From: Candidatus Hadarchaeota archaeon
Lineage (GTDB): Archaea; Hadarchaeota; Hadarchaeia; Hadarchaeales; JAWBSP01
DNA length: 64,000 nucleotides
NCBI GenBank assembly: GCA_964474885.1
Contig: CAYYWO010000004.1
Span: 20,229 to 84,228 of the forward strand
Direction of reading: 5' to 3'
The position numbers and the translations under genes are program-made. Below, one piece after another: positions 46,956 to 56,786 of this stretch; positions within the stretch are counted from its first letter, which is position 1, and each line of letters begins with the position of its first letter. Under the pieces are notes generated by a model. The model saw only the letters and a list, made by a program, of their open reading frames with translations. It ran no database searches and was not told the origin of the DNA.

Positions 46956-47000
46956 TTCTTCTTAATCTACCACAAATTTAGAGGTAACAAAAGGGAGAGG

Positions 47001-48266
47001 ATGGAGGAAAAAACGATTCACGATCCCGTTCATGGAAGCATCAGGCTGGACTCGCTCGCCTCCGATCTCCTCGAGACGGCTGAGATCCAGAGGCTGAGGG
47101 GGATAAGACAGCTGGGGCTCGCCAATCTCGTTTTCCCTGGGGCTAACCACACGAGGTTTGAACATTCTCTGGGGGTCATGCACCTGGCCAATCAATTTGC
47201 ATCTGATCTGGGACTGACCGAGCACCAGGCCAGGCTCCTCCGAGCTGCTGCCCTCTTGCATGATGTGGGACATCCCCCTTTCTCCCACACGCTAGAACTG
47301 CAGATGGTAGAGTACACAGGCATGAATCACGAACAGATGGCAGCAAAGATCATCAGAAAAGGTGTGGAAGGAAATTCTGCATGTGCCCGAGTTCTCCAAA
47401 AGCATGGGCTTGACCCTAGCGAGATCTGTGAACTTATCCAAGGGAAGCACAAGGACCCAGTCCTCAACCAGCTCCTCCATGGGGAAATCGACGTTGACCA
47501 AATGGACTACTTGCTGAGGGATGCCCACTTCACAGGCGTCGCCCTTGGGATGATCGATTTGCCACGCCTCAGGAGAATAATGCAAATCAGACGGGGGAAG
47601 TTGGTCATCAAGGAGAGTGGTATAGAGGCTGTCGAGGGATTCCTAACCGCCAGGAGTCTGATGTTCTCCTCCGTTTATTTCCACCGGACAGTCAGGATAG
47701 CGGAGCTGATGCTCGCCAGGGCTGTTGAAATGCTCTTGGAAAAAGGTCTGGAGCCCTTCCTGCTCTCGGACTGGCAGCTGTTATCAACCCTAGAGGCTAT
47801 GGGAGGGTTCCCAGCAGAGATCGTCAGAAGGCTCTCATGTCGGAGGCTCTATATCCCTGTTTACTTCGTGGGGAGAAAGCTCGTAAAAGAGAAAGATGTT
47901 ATAAGGCTGAAAAGGAAGCTCGGTAGCTGGAGGAAGCTCCGCACTTTGGAGGATGAGATTTGCGATAGGGCGCGAGTACCTAGGGGAAGAGTCATAATCG
48001 ACATACCTCTGCTCGAACTTGAGGTTTCAGAGTCCAGAATAAAGAGAACCGGTATAATGGTCGCTGTGGGTTCCTCCTCCGTCCCCCTCCACCGCTTTTC
48101 TCCCCTAGCTTCCATTATCCAAGAAAAACTCCCCTCGAGGTACTTACTGCAGGTGGCCACCCTCCCAGAATACAGGAGAAAAGTGAGAAAAGTCGTGGAG
48201 GAAGAGTTAGGCTGGGTGAGCGAGAACTCTTCTGCCGCTGGCCGTAAGGCGCAGGGTACCGTCTAG
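47001..48266 (+). CDS. HD-domain phosphohydrolase (SAMHD1/COG1078-like)
   Basis: DPVHG, QRLR.I.QLG, HTRFEHSLG, LHDVGH.PFSH, D.D.MDYL.RD; start at ATG 47001. Confidence 0.92.
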   Translation: MEEKTIHDPVHGSIRLDSLASDLLETAEIQRLRGIRQLGLANLVFPGANHTRFEHSLGVMHLANQFASDLGLTEHQARLLRAAALLHDVGHPPFSHTLELQMVEYTGMNHEQMAAKIIRKGVEGNSACARVLQKHGLDPSEICELIQGKHKDPVLNQLLHGEIDVDQMDYLLRDAHFTGVALGMIDLPRLRRIMQIRRGKLVIKESGIEAVEGFLTARSLMFSSVYFHRTVRIAELMLARAVEMLLEKGLEPFLLSDWQLLSTLEAMGGFPAEIVRRLSCRRLYIPVYFVGRKLVKEKDVIRLKRKLGSWRKLRTLEDEICDRARVPRGRVIIDIPLLELEVSESRIKRTGIMVAVGSSSVPLHRFSPLASIIQEKLPSRYLLQVATLPEYRRKVRKVVEEELGWVSENSSAAGRKAQGTV

Positions 48267-48773
48267 GTACCCCATGAGCTGGAGCCTCCTGATCTGAGTC
48301 TTAATGACTCCCAGGGGGGCATCCGTGCTGATGGGTAGATCCTCTATCTTCGCGCCCGCGTCGAGCTCCTTCAGGATCATCCTACCGAGCTCACCCACGA
48401 GGATGGCATCTGCAAGCCCCTGCTTGGTCAGCATGCTGATCGAGGGATATGCTCCAAAAATCTTGCGGAGCATGACGGGACCCAAGTCGCACTTATATTT
48501 CTTCTTCAGCATGGCCTCGCAAATCCCGGAGCCGGCTATTGCCGTCCGGAGGATCTCCAGCTCCCTGACGAATTCTGAGACCTGCCTCTCGCTCATCCTT
48601 CCCTTTCTGGCTAGGTTCTCGGTCAGCATCTCGTTCATCTCGCTGAGGGCCCTCACCTCCTCCTCCAGCTCCTTCTCCCGCCTACCCGAGTTCCTCGCCT
48701 TCAGGCTCCTCTCAGCCGCTAGGAAGGCGAAGAACAGCATGCCCGCCGCTAGGCCAAGGGATAAAACGTCCAT
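48207..48773 (-). CDS. hypothetical protein: N-terminal TM, coiled coil, possible C-terminal wHTH
   Basis: Hydrophobic N-terminus, EKELEEEVRAL heptads, RL..MGYLD...LT..GR. Confidence 0.65.
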   Translation of the reverse strand: MDVLSLGLAAGMLFFAFLAAERSLKARNSGRREKELEEEVRALSEMNEMLTENLARKGRMSERQVSEFVRELEILRTAIAGSGICEAMLKKKYKCDLGPVMLRKIFGAYPSISMLTKQGLADAILVGELGRMILKELDAGAKIEDLPISTDAPLGVIKTQIRRLQLMGYLDGTLRLTASGRRVLAHPA

Positions 48774-48807
48774 CCTTTTTTCAGAGTAAAATAAAAAGAG
48801 ATAGAGG

Positions 48808-48885
48808 GCGGCAGTAGTCTAGCCTGGTCTAGGACACAGGCTTGCCGAGCCTGTAGCGCGGGTTCAAATCCCGCCTGCCGCACCA
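48808..48885 (+). tRNA. tRNA-Gly(GCC), CCA encoded
   Basis: GCGGCAGTAGTCTAGCCTGGTCTAGGACACAGGCTTGCCGAGCCTGTAGCGCGGGTTCAAATCCCGCCTGCCGCACCA cloverleaf. Confidence 0.94.
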
Positions 48886-48956
48886 TTTCAAATCAATTTT
48901 CACCTTTTCCTTAGCAGTCCATGCCTCTTATGTGAAAAGTCAATTCCGAAAGTTTC

Positions 48957-49739
48957 CTACTCCCAGCGTACCAGAATTTCCTCCCGCCCGAACCGCGCCC
49001 TACCGAGCGCTAAAAGCCCCGCACTCAAGCACAGCAGGGACGCACCGAAAGCCACCATCGAGAGCCAGTTCAATCTAACGATGCCTGTAGCGAAGAGGAA
49101 ATAAAAGACCATTATGGGCACGATGCTAAGCGCCCCCAGTTGCATGGCAGCACGCACATCACTCACCCTGGCCGAGATCACGACGCAGAAGGAGGCCGCC
49201 GCCAGAGCCACCAGCGGACAGAAAACCAGCAGGATTACAAGCGAGATCAGGTCGGGGAGGAGCAGGTACCCGAAGAGGGGAAACGTGAGTATATCGATGA
49301 TCGCCACAAAGCCTGCAAAGGAAACAAGGGTTGCAAGCATCGCTGGAACAAAGGCCCCCATGAGTTTGCCCACAAGCAGTTCGGTATCGGTGGTGGGTGT
49401 CGCAAGCAGAGGTTCGAGTTGCCGGCTAACTTTCTCCCCGACGAACGTGTAAGAGGAGATGACCGTGGGAATAGCGGCCGGCAGAATCATGAATGTGATC
49501 AGCAACATTTGAACCGTGCCTAACACCACGGCCTGCTTGGGCTCCAGTCCTGACACAGCAAAGGGGGGCAAATTGTTCTCGGTTGTCTGTCCACCAGCAA
49601 GCGTTGGGTAGAGGGCGCAAAGGGGAATCAAAACTGCAAAGATGAGGGGGGCTCCCATCAGACTGCCCAGCACGTAACGGTGTTTAAACGCACTCTCCAT
49701 GTCCTTGCGCGCGATGATCCAAATCCGGTCTCCCCTCAT
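48957..49739 (-). CDS. ABC-2 type transporter permease
   Basis: IARKD, FVGEK....LEPLLATP....ELL.GK; start ATG 49739 (ATGA overlap). Confidence 0.9.
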   Translation of the reverse strand: MRGDRIWIIARKDMESAFKHRYVLGSLMGAPLIFAVLIPLCALYPTLAGGQTTENNLPPFAVSGLEPKQAVVLGTVQMLLITFMILPAAIPTVISSYTFVGEKVSRQLEPLLATPTTDTELLVGKLMGAFVPAMLATLVSFAGFVAIIDILTFPLFGYLLLPDLISLVILLVFCPLVALAAASFCVVISARVSDVRAAMQLGALSIVPIMVFYFLFATGIVRLNWLSMVAFGASLLCLSAGLLALGRARFGREEILVRWE

Positions 49740-50662
49740 TTCGACCCCACCACCCTGAGATATGCTTCCTCCAAGGAACTCGCTTGCTTCATCCACACGA
49801 TTTCTCCACCAGCCCTCACAATAGCACTCGCTATCCGAGGATTCACCTCATCCCAGTTGTCAACCTCTACCATGAGCGTCTTCCCCTTCCGCTGTACACC
49901 TTGCACCCCGCTGATTCGTCTCACGGCCCGCAAAATACTTTCAGTTATGCTTCTCAACTGGATTTCCACTCTCTGAGCACCGAACTTCTGTCCGAGTTCG
50001 GCGGGAGAACCGACCGCGAGAAGGGCCGTCTTCAAGATCGCGACGCGATCGCAGAGCTGCTCGGCCTCGTGCAGGTTGTGAGTGCATAGAAAAATAGTCC
50101 GCCCCCTTCTCCTCAGCTTTCTGATGAACTCACGCACCACCTTGGCGGACTCGGGGGCGAGAGAAGCCGTTGGTTCGTCCAAGAACAGAATTTCCGGATC
50201 GTGCACGAGCGCCCTCGCAATAGCCACCTTCTGTTGCATTCCCTTGGAGAACCTGCCCACGGGCTGGTTCCGCTGCTCCCATATGCCCAAGAGTTCGAGC
50301 AACTCCCGGATTCTTTTCTTTCGCTCGCTGACCGGTACACCATAAAGCCTGGCGTAAAAGTCGAGCGTGTAATATGTGCTGAGTTCTGGGTAGAGTCCCG
50401 GATTCTCAGACAAAAGCCCGACCACTTCGCGGATCCTAAGTGCGTCTTGGACGATGTCATAACCAGCAACAAGTGCGGTTCCGGATGATGGACGTATCAG
50501 GCAACTCAGCATGCGAACGGTGGTGGTCTTTCCAGCACCGTTGGGACCGAGGAGAGCGAAGACTTCCCCTCGCCGGATTTTAAGCGAGAGATCACGAACG
50601 GCCACCGTGCTGCCAAATTTCCTAGTGAGAGCACATGTCTCGATCGCGGGCTGTGCCATCAT
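49736..50662 (-). CDS. ABC transporter ATP-binding protein
   Basis: GPNGAGKTT, FSKGMQQK, LFLDEPT, H-loop THN. Confidence 0.95.
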   Translation of the reverse strand: MMAQPAIETCALTRKFGSTVAVRDLSLKIRRGEVFALLGPNGAGKTTTVRMLSCLIRPSSGTALVAGYDIVQDALRIREVVGLLSENPGLYPELSTYYTLDFYARLYGVPVSERKKRIRELLELLGIWEQRNQPVGRFSKGMQQKVAIARALVHDPEILFLDEPTASLAPESAKVVREFIRKLRRRGRTIFLCTHNLHEAEQLCDRVAILKTALLAVGSPAELGQKFGAQRVEIQLRSITESILRAVRRISGVQGVQRKGKTLMVEVDNWDEVNPRIASAIVRAGGEIVWMKQASSLEEAYLRVVGSK

Positions 50663-50736
50663 ATATGGGTCGTAAGAATGCAGAACATTCTGGTAATGAA
50701 TTGCCCCATTTTTTGTAGAAGCTCGACCATAGGTTG

Positions 50737-51717
50737 ATGCAGATCCTCCCGCTCGCTTACGACTCCTTCGGTGTCAGGAGCATGGCAACCCTGGTGCGCC
50801 TGAAGAACTTCACAATCGTCATAGACCCAGGGGTGGCGCTCGGGCCCACCCGCTACGGTCTGAGCCCGACGGATGCGGAGTTCGAGGCGCTCGAGTACTC
50901 CAGGCAGATGATAATGGAGGCCTGCCGGGATGCGGAGCTTGTCGTGGTCACGCACTACCACTACGATCACCACCCATTCCCGGATGACCTCGAGATGTAC
51001 GAGCGCTGCTTCAGGGACAAGATAGCATTCGCGAAGGACCGAAAGCACAACATCAACCTCTCGGGGAAGAAGAGGGGGGCGATCTTCGAGGAGAGGGCTT
51101 CCCCGCTCGCCAAGCGGATCGAGTGGGCCGACGGGAAGACGGTGGAGCACAAAAAAGCCCGCATCCACTTCTCGCCCGCCGTCTGGCACGGAGATGTCGG
51201 GTCCAAAGTCGGGAGGGTTATAATGGTTTATATCGAAGAGGACAAGAACTCCTTCCTTTTCGGGAGCGATGCCCAAGGGCTGGCGGATCCCCAGGCCCTG
51301 GACTGGGTGCTCGAGAGGGACCCCAAGTTCATGATCTTGGACGGCTACCCCACGCTCTTCCTGGGCTGGAGGATGAGCCAGAAGGCCTTTGAGGCCTCGA
51401 AGGAGAACCTGAAGCGTGCCCTCCGGGAAACTCAGGCCGAGACCGTGATCCTGGAGCATCACCTGCTCAGGGACATAGCTTACAAGGAGAAGATGAGGGA
51501 CGTCCTCCAGCTGGCAGAGAGGACCGGGAAGAGGCTGCTGAGCTGGGCGGAGTACCTGGGGCTCGAGAACTTCTTCCTGGAAGCCTGGCGCAAGGAGATC
51601 CACGAGGGTAAGAGGGAGGTTGACGTCAGGGGGTACTACACGGCTCTCTGCAAGAGGATCGGGATCCCTCCCTCCGTGCTGCAGGTTGAGGTCAGGCGGC
51701 GCGGGATAGAGGAATAA
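50737..51717 (+). CDS. metallo-beta-lactamase fold hydrolase, UPF0282 family
   Basis: DSFGVRSMAT, IDPGVALGP.RY, THYHYDH, SD.QG, HHLLRD. Confidence 0.88.
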   Translation: MQILPLAYDSFGVRSMATLVRLKNFTIVIDPGVALGPTRYGLSPTDAEFEALEYSRQMIMEACRDAELVVVTHYHYDHHPFPDDLEMYERCFRDKIAFAKDRKHNINLSGKKRGAIFEERASPLAKRIEWADGKTVEHKKARIHFSPAVWHGDVGSKVGRVIMVYIEEDKNSFLFGSDAQGLADPQALDWVLERDPKFMILDGYPTLFLGWRMSQKAFEASKENLKRALRETQAETVILEHHLLRDIAYKEKMRDVLQLAERTGKRLLSWAEYLGLENFFLEAWRKEIHEGKREVDVRGYYTALCKRIGIPPSVLQVEVRRRGIEE

Positions 51718-51737
51718 AAGGGGCAGGGGGAGATGGG

Positions 51738-52046
51738 ATGAGACCCGGGTGGGCAGCCTTCGGTTTCCTGCTCATCGTTGTCGGGATCATCCTCATGGCG
51801 AGCGGCACGGCCACCTTCGGCAGTTTCAATATCCTAGGCCAAACCTTCGACGTGAGCGCCTTTGCCCTAGCCATAGGCGGGCTCGCGGTGTTCATCGTGG
51901 GGCTTGCCCTGCCCGGTGGGAAGACTGTGCTCGTGATACCCGGGAAGACGAGAGTCAGGACCGTCGTGACGTGCCCCGGTTGCGGGAGGTTCGTCTCCAG
52001 GCGCGCCAAGTACTGCCCCAACTGCGGGAGGAGGCTCAAGCCTTAG
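51738..52046 (+). CDS. small membrane protein with zinc ribbon
   Basis: Two TM segments; CPGCG...CPNCG. Confidence 0.75.
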   Translation: MRPGWAAFGFLLIVVGIILMASGTATFGSFNILGQTFDVSAFALAIGGLAVFIVGLALPGGKTVLVIPGKTRVRTVVTCPGCGRFVSRRAKYCPNCGRRLKP

Positions 52047-52275
52047 CCCAGATCTTTCGCCCCGAGAGCTCGATCCGGATGACCCGGTGGAAAGGTATGG
52101 CAGTCACCTGATCCCCCCTCCTGACGTACATGAAGCTCCGGTCCATGTCCACAATGTCGGAGCCCTGTATCGCGAGCTCATCGTTGGGGGCGCCCCTGTG
52201 CAGGATCCAAATGGTGGCGAGACCCAGCTTCCCCTCCCCCCACTTTAGCCGGTTCAAAACTTCCCTCGCTTTCAC
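52036..52275 (-). CDS. DUF504/MJ1316-like protein
   Basis: REVLNRLKW, HRGAP, IPFHRV. Confidence 0.85.
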   Translation of the reverse strand: MKAREVLNRLKWGEGKLGLATIWILHRGAPNDELAIQGSDIVDMDRSFMYVRRGDQVTAIPFHRVIRIELSGRKIWAKA

Positions 52276-53468
52276 GTGCGCAGCCTCGCGTTTATCCTCA
52301 CATACTCGTAGGTGAGGTCACAGCCCCAAGCCCGGGCACTCCCCTTCCCACTCTTCAGATCCAGCCCGATCTTGAACTCCTTCTCGGAGAGGATTCCCTT
52401 CATCTCCTGGGGGCTAGATACGAGCTTTCCCCTCTCGAGAACCTGCACTCTCCTGCCCCTCGCCTCCAGCCAGAGCGAGGTCTCCCCCGGATCGAACCTA
52501 GCCCCGGAGCTCCCTAGGGCCGCCACTACCCTGCCCCAGTTCGGATCCTCACCAAAAATTGCCGCCTTCACCAGATTGGAAGAGGTGATGGCCCTTGCCG
52601 CCCTCCTCGCCTCCTCCAGCGTCCTAGCTCCCCGCACCTCCACCTCGAACATGTGCTCCGCGCCCTCACCATCCCTGACTATTAGCTTGGCCAGCTCCTC
52701 GCACGCGGGGACTAGCAGGTCCAAGAACTCCCCTTCCGTCACCCTCCCCGCCAGGCCGTTTGCCATGAGGATCACCGAGTCGTTCGTGCTCGTATCCCCG
52801 TCCACCGTTATCATGTTGAAGGTCTGGTCCACTGCCTTCTTCAGCGTCCGCCTCAGCCCATCCGCTGGGAGCTTGGCATCGGTCAGGAGAATACAGAGCA
52901 TGGTGCCCATTCTGGGGTGGATCATTCCCGAGCCCTTGGCAACACCCGCAACGTGGATCTTCCTCCCCCTCAGGTGGGCCTGGTAAGCTACCTCCTTCGG
53001 GAAGGTATCCGTGGTCATCATCGCCTCGGCAACCCTCCTGCTCTGCTCCGGTGTGCTGGAGAGGCTGGCCACGAGCTCGGGTATGGCACGCCTTATCCCC
53101 TCCATAGGGAGGTACGTTCCGATCAGCCCCGTGGACAGGATCCCAATGTGACCCGGTCTCAGCCCCAAAGACTGGGCGACGAGCCTCGTGATCTCCAGCG
53201 CATCACGGGCCCCCCTCTCCCCCGTCATGCAGTTCGCGCAGCCGCTGTTCACGAACACCGCCGCAAGCTTTCCGGCGCACAGGTTCCTCATGGTCAGCTT
53301 GAGGGATTCCGCCTTGACGACGTTGGTCGTGAAAACTCCCGCCGCCGGGACCGGCCCCAGGTCACTCCTGATCAGGGCAACATCCAGGCCCTTCCGCTTG
53401 ATTCCCGCAGCCGCAGCCGAGAAGGAGAAGGCAGGCACCTGGCTGAGGCCCCCTTGGAGGCGTATCAT
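52272..53468 (-). CDS. argJ: ornithine acetyltransferase / N-acetylglutamate synthase ArgJ
   Basis: NSGCANC.TG, STGLIG, MTTD, KGSGMIHP.M.TML, VDGDTSTND, DGEGA, DPNWGR; start ATG 53468. Confidence 0.96.
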   Translation of the reverse strand: MIRLQGGLSQVPAFSFSAAAAGIKRKGLDVALIRSDLGPVPAAGVFTTNVVKAESLKLTMRNLCAGKLAAVFVNSGCANCMTGERGARDALEITRLVAQSLGLRPGHIGILSTGLIGTYLPMEGIRRAIPELVASLSSTPEQSRRVAEAMMTTDTFPKEVAYQAHLRGRKIHVAGVAKGSGMIHPRMGTMLCILLTDAKLPADGLRRTLKKAVDQTFNMITVDGDTSTNDSVILMANGLAGRVTEGEFLDLLVPACEELAKLIVRDGEGAEHMFEVEVRGARTLEEARRAARAITSSNLVKAAIFGEDPNWGRVVAALGSSGARFDPGETSLWLEARGRRVQVLERGKLVSSPQEMKGILSEKEFKIGLDLKSGKGSARAWGCDLTYEYVRINARLRT

Positions 53469-54469
53469 GGCCACAGAGGCGTGCACTTCAGGCCCTCGTC
53501 CTCAGGCAGGCCGAACATGAGATTCATGTTCTGAACTGCCTGCCCCGCCGCCCCCTTGATCAGGTTGTCCACCACCGCGACGAGGACGACGCAGTTCCCG
53601 CACGCCTCCAAGCCTATGTCGCAGTAGTTCGATCCTATCACCTCCTTGAGCTGAGGGGGCCCCTCCTTCAGCCTGACGAATTTCTTTCCCCTGTAGAACT
53701 CGCGGTAGAGGTGCAACAACTCCTTCCTGTCCGCCTCGGATTTCAGGAAGACGTGGATGGTCTGGAGTATCCCCCTTACGATGGGCAGGAGGTGCGCGGT
53801 GAAGTGCACCCTAACACCCTGCCCCGATAGCTTCTCGAGCTCCTGCTCGATCTCCGGCTTATGCCTGTGGAAGGTTGTCGCGTAAACTTGGACGTTCGAT
53901 CCGCAGACGGGATGGTGGGTGCGCTCGGAGGGTGTGTGCCCGGCTCCCGAGCTCCCGCTCATGGCGTCTATGACCACCGGGCCCTGGATCATCCTCTCCC
54001 TGGCTAGGGGCGCCAGCGCGAGCACGGCCGGTGTTGGGTAACAGCCCGGGTTCGCCACGAGCCTCGCCTTCTTTATTTCCGCCTCGTGGAGCTCCGGCAG
54101 TCCATATACTCCCCTCAGCTCGGGGCACTCGTGCCTGACACCATAGACCCTTTCGAAGATCTCGGGTGGGAGCCGGAAGTCCGCACTCAGATCCACCACC
54201 TTGCAGCCTCCCGCAAGCAGCTGGGGGACGTACCTCATGGAGGTAGCGTGGGGGAGTGCGGTGAAGACCACATCCGCTCTGGAGCCGACGCTCGCATCCA
54301 AGGGATCTACCTTGAGATGGAGGTCCAAGTTGGGAAAGATCGATCCCAGTTGCTTCCCAACGGAAGTCCTCCCCTGAACCTCCACGAGCTCAACTCTAGG
54401 GTGCTGAGAGAGAATGCGGATCAGCTCCCCGCCCACGTAACCCGTCCCCAGAACTGCCGCGCGTATCAT
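53465..54469 (-). CDS. argC: N-acetyl-gamma-glutamyl-phosphate reductase
   Basis: DLSADFR, YGLPE, ANPGCYPT, SG.SGAG, DNL.KGAAGQA. Confidence 0.96.
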   Translation of the reverse strand: MIRAAVLGTGYVGGELIRILSQHPRVELVEVQGRTSVGKQLGSIFPNLDLHLKVDPLDASVGSRADVVFTALPHATSMRYVPQLLAGGCKVVDLSADFRLPPEIFERVYGVRHECPELRGVYGLPELHEAEIKKARLVANPGCYPTPAVLALAPLARERMIQGPVVIDAMSGSSGAGHTPSERTHHPVCGSNVQVYATTFHRHKPEIEQELEKLSGQGVRVHFTAHLLPIVRGILQTIHVFLKSEADRKELLHLYREFYRGKKFVRLKEGPPQLKEVIGSNYCDIGLEACGNCVVLVAVVDNLIKGAAGQAVQNMNLMFGLPEDEGLKCTPLWP

Positions 54470-55614
54470 CCCCGGTGGAGTTTGGCGAGTATGCTGTACA
54501 GCTTAGTCAGGCTGATCGAGACCCGCTGGTCGAAGTCGGATGTCTCAAAGGAAACTATGCGCCGGTCGTACAGAGAGTAAGGCGATTTCCTCCCCACCGT
54601 CCTGAACCACCCGTTGCCCAGCTCGATCCGCACCTCACCCGTCACCTTCTTTTGAGTGGAGTCTATGAAAGCATCCAGGTTCGACTTCAAGGGATCGAAC
54701 CAGAATCCCCTGTACACGAGCTCCGCCCACTCCCTCTCCAGCACGGACTTCAAGTCGAGCTGCCCTTTGGTCAAGGTTAGTTGCTCGAGTGCGCGGTGTG
54801 CTGCAATCAGGATGGTTGCGGCCGGTGCCTCGTAAATCTCCCTCGCCTTCAACCCGAGGATCCTGTCCTCGACTATGTCTATCCTTCCAACTCCGTGAGC
54901 ACCTCCGATCTGATTAAGTCTGGTTATGAGTTCCACCCCGCCCAGCCGCTCCCCGTTGAGCTCCCTAGGCACCCCCTCCTGGAAGTAGATGGACAGCTCC
55001 TCCTTAGAGGGGCGGGAGATCTTGGTCCAGGCAAAAACATCCTCCGGTGGGGAAGCGGAGGGGTCCTCCAGCACCCCTCCCTCGATGGTCCTCCCCCAGA
55101 GGTTCTCGTCGATGCTGTATGTGGACTCGGCCGGGAGGGGGATGCCCTTCTTCCTCGCGTATTCCGCCTCGGCCTTCCTATCCAAGTTCAGCTCCCTTAT
55201 CGGCGCAAAGATCTTCAGCTCTGGGGCGAGCATGGAGAAAGTTATGTCGAACCTGAACTGGTCGTTCCCCTTCCCCGTGCAGCCGTGCGCCACGCCATCA
55301 GCACCCTTCTTTTTGGCGACCTCCACGACTTTACTCGCGATGAGATACCTTGCCAGCGCAGCCGAAAGATGGTAACCTTCGTAAGTACCGTTTGCCTTTA
55401 TGCATGGGTGAATGTACTTCTCGACAAATTCTTCCCTAGCGTCGAATTCGACATGCTCTGTAGCTCCCAGTTTTTCTGGTAACTCTGGATCGAATTTCCT
55501 TGGCTGGCCTAAACTGACCGTTACCGTGATCACCTCCGCTTGGTACCTTTCCTGGAGTAACTTAAGGGAAACCAGAGTGTCCAAGCCACCGCTGAAGGCT
55601 AGCGCGATTCTCAA
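54466..55614 (-). CDS. argG: argininosuccinate synthase
   Basis: AFSGGLDT, HGCTGKGNDQ.RF, S.DENLWG, K.RE.YEAP; TTG start. Confidence 0.96.
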   Translation of the reverse strand: MRIALAFSGGLDTLVSLKLLQERYQAEVITVTVSLGQPRKFDPELPEKLGATEHVEFDAREEFVEKYIHPCIKANGTYEGYHLSAALARYLIASKVVEVAKKKGADGVAHGCTGKGNDQFRFDITFSMLAPELKIFAPIRELNLDRKAEAEYARKKGIPLPAESTYSIDENLWGRTIEGGVLEDPSASPPEDVFAWTKISRPSKEELSIYFQEGVPRELNGERLGGVELITRLNQIGGAHGVGRIDIVEDRILGLKAREIYEAPAATILIAAHRALEQLTLTKGQLDLKSVLEREWAELVYRGFWFDPLKSNLDAFIDSTQKKVTGEVRIELGNGWFRTVGRKSPYSLYDRRIVSFETSDFDQRVSISLTKLYSILAKLHRG

Positions 55615-56007
55615 TTAAAAATCAAGCTCGTGTGTCTTTATCTACCTGTTTTGGGGCCGTCCAAGGCGGAGCTCAGTTCTTGTTGCTTCATACCCGATAG
55701 ATCGTAGCATTGGATAGTACGGTAGGGAGAATTCTGAACCACCTGGGACTCTTGCTTCAAGACATGGCATGTCTGCAACCACGGCTTCCGCTGAGCCCAT
55801 CTCTAAGTGTTCCGCCCCTCTTAGTCCTACCCCCGACAGGTGCCTTAATCCCCCTATCCCCTTTGAAATCCCAGGGGTGCCTTTGGGTCCACTTCACGAC
55901 TGGTATCTCAGCTCTGCAAGATTCACGACCGCCTGCGTCCAGAATCACCTCCCTACTCAACGAAGAATTCTTGCGCAGGGGAGTTAAATAGAGGCTCCCC
56001 TTATAGG

Positions 56008-56241
56008 ATGGTAAAGGCGTATTGCTTGATCTCGACCGACCCGGGACATACCCGGAAGGTCTTCGAGAAGCTCAAGAGTGTGGAAGGCATCCAAAATGTA
56101 GAGGCGGTTGCTGGGCCTTTCGACATCATTGCCACCATCCATGTGGACTCCTTAGAGAAATTGACTAAAATAATCTTCGGGGAAATTAGGACGCTAGAAG
56201 GTGTGACCAACACTGCAACGCTGATTGTCTTCGAACTTTAA
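56008..56241 (+). CDS. stand-alone Lrp/AsnC ligand-binding (RAM) domain protein
   Basis: 77 aa; V.G.FDII, IR.LEGV..T.T; no HTH. Confidence 0.85.
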   Translation: MVKAYCLISTDPGHTRKVFEKLKSVEGIQNVEAVAGPFDIIATIHVDSLEKLTKIIFGEIRTLEGVTNTATLIVFEL

Positions 56242-56786
56242 TGCACAAAAAAGTTGTCGGAATAACGGGACCACCAGGGGCGGGCAAGACAGAAGTTGCG
56301 AGGGTGGCACAGCAGCTTGGATTTGGCTACATTAGAATGGGTGACGTCGTCATAGAAGAGGTTAGGAGGAGAGGGTTGGCGGTGACCGAGGAAAACGTTG
56401 GAAAAGTGGCGAACGAACTCAGAAAGAGCGGGGCCGATGCCATAGCCCGACTCTGTTTGCCCAAAGCTCGGCGGATGGAGAAAGTGGTCATCGACGGGAT
56501 AAGGGGGGTTTCCGAGGTGGAACTCTTCAGGCGGGAATTCGGGAACTCCTTCAAGCTCATCGCCGTCTGGGCACGTCAGGGCACCAGGTTCCGGAGGGTG
56601 TGCGGTAGGGGTAGGGAGGACGATGCTCGGGACTGGGAGCGTTTCCTGCAGAAGGACATGAGGGAGCTGGGCTGGGGTTTGGGAGGGGCCATGCTGGCAG
56701 CGGACTTCCTCATCGTGAATGAGGGCTCCCTGGAGGAACTCAAAAGAAATGCCGAATCCATTCTGCGGACAGCATGGAGATTCTGA
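56241..56786 (+). CDS. UPF0200 nucleotide kinase (dephospho-CoA-kinase-like)
   Basis: GPPGAGKT, MGD, IDGIR...E, RGR.DD, D.REL..G. Confidence 0.85.
   Translation: MHKKVVGITGPPGAGKTEVARVAQQLGFGYIRMGDVVIEEVRRRGLAVTEENVGKVANELRKSGADAIARLCLPKARRMEKVVIDGIRGVSEVELFRREFGNSFKLIAVWARQGTRFRRVCGRGREDDARDWERFLQKDMRELGWGLGGAMLAADFLIVNEGSLEELKRNAESILRTAWRF

Noticed and set aside
46521-47000. 160-aa N-terminal extension of the HD protein (likewise extensions of cofG, cofC, both SDRs and the first MBL)
   Set aside because: They overlap neighbouring genes; family homology starts at downstream ATGs, often at ATGA/TGATG couplings
48860-48885. att site of an integrated element at tRNA-Gly
   Set aside because: No second copy of the tRNA 3' end and no integrase seen; the shared GGTTCAAATCCCGCC with tRNA-Met is just the T-arm
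52272-55614. argG-argC-argJ without argB/argD/argH as a novel pathway
   Set aside because: Scattered arg genes are common in archaea; the rest may lie outside the window
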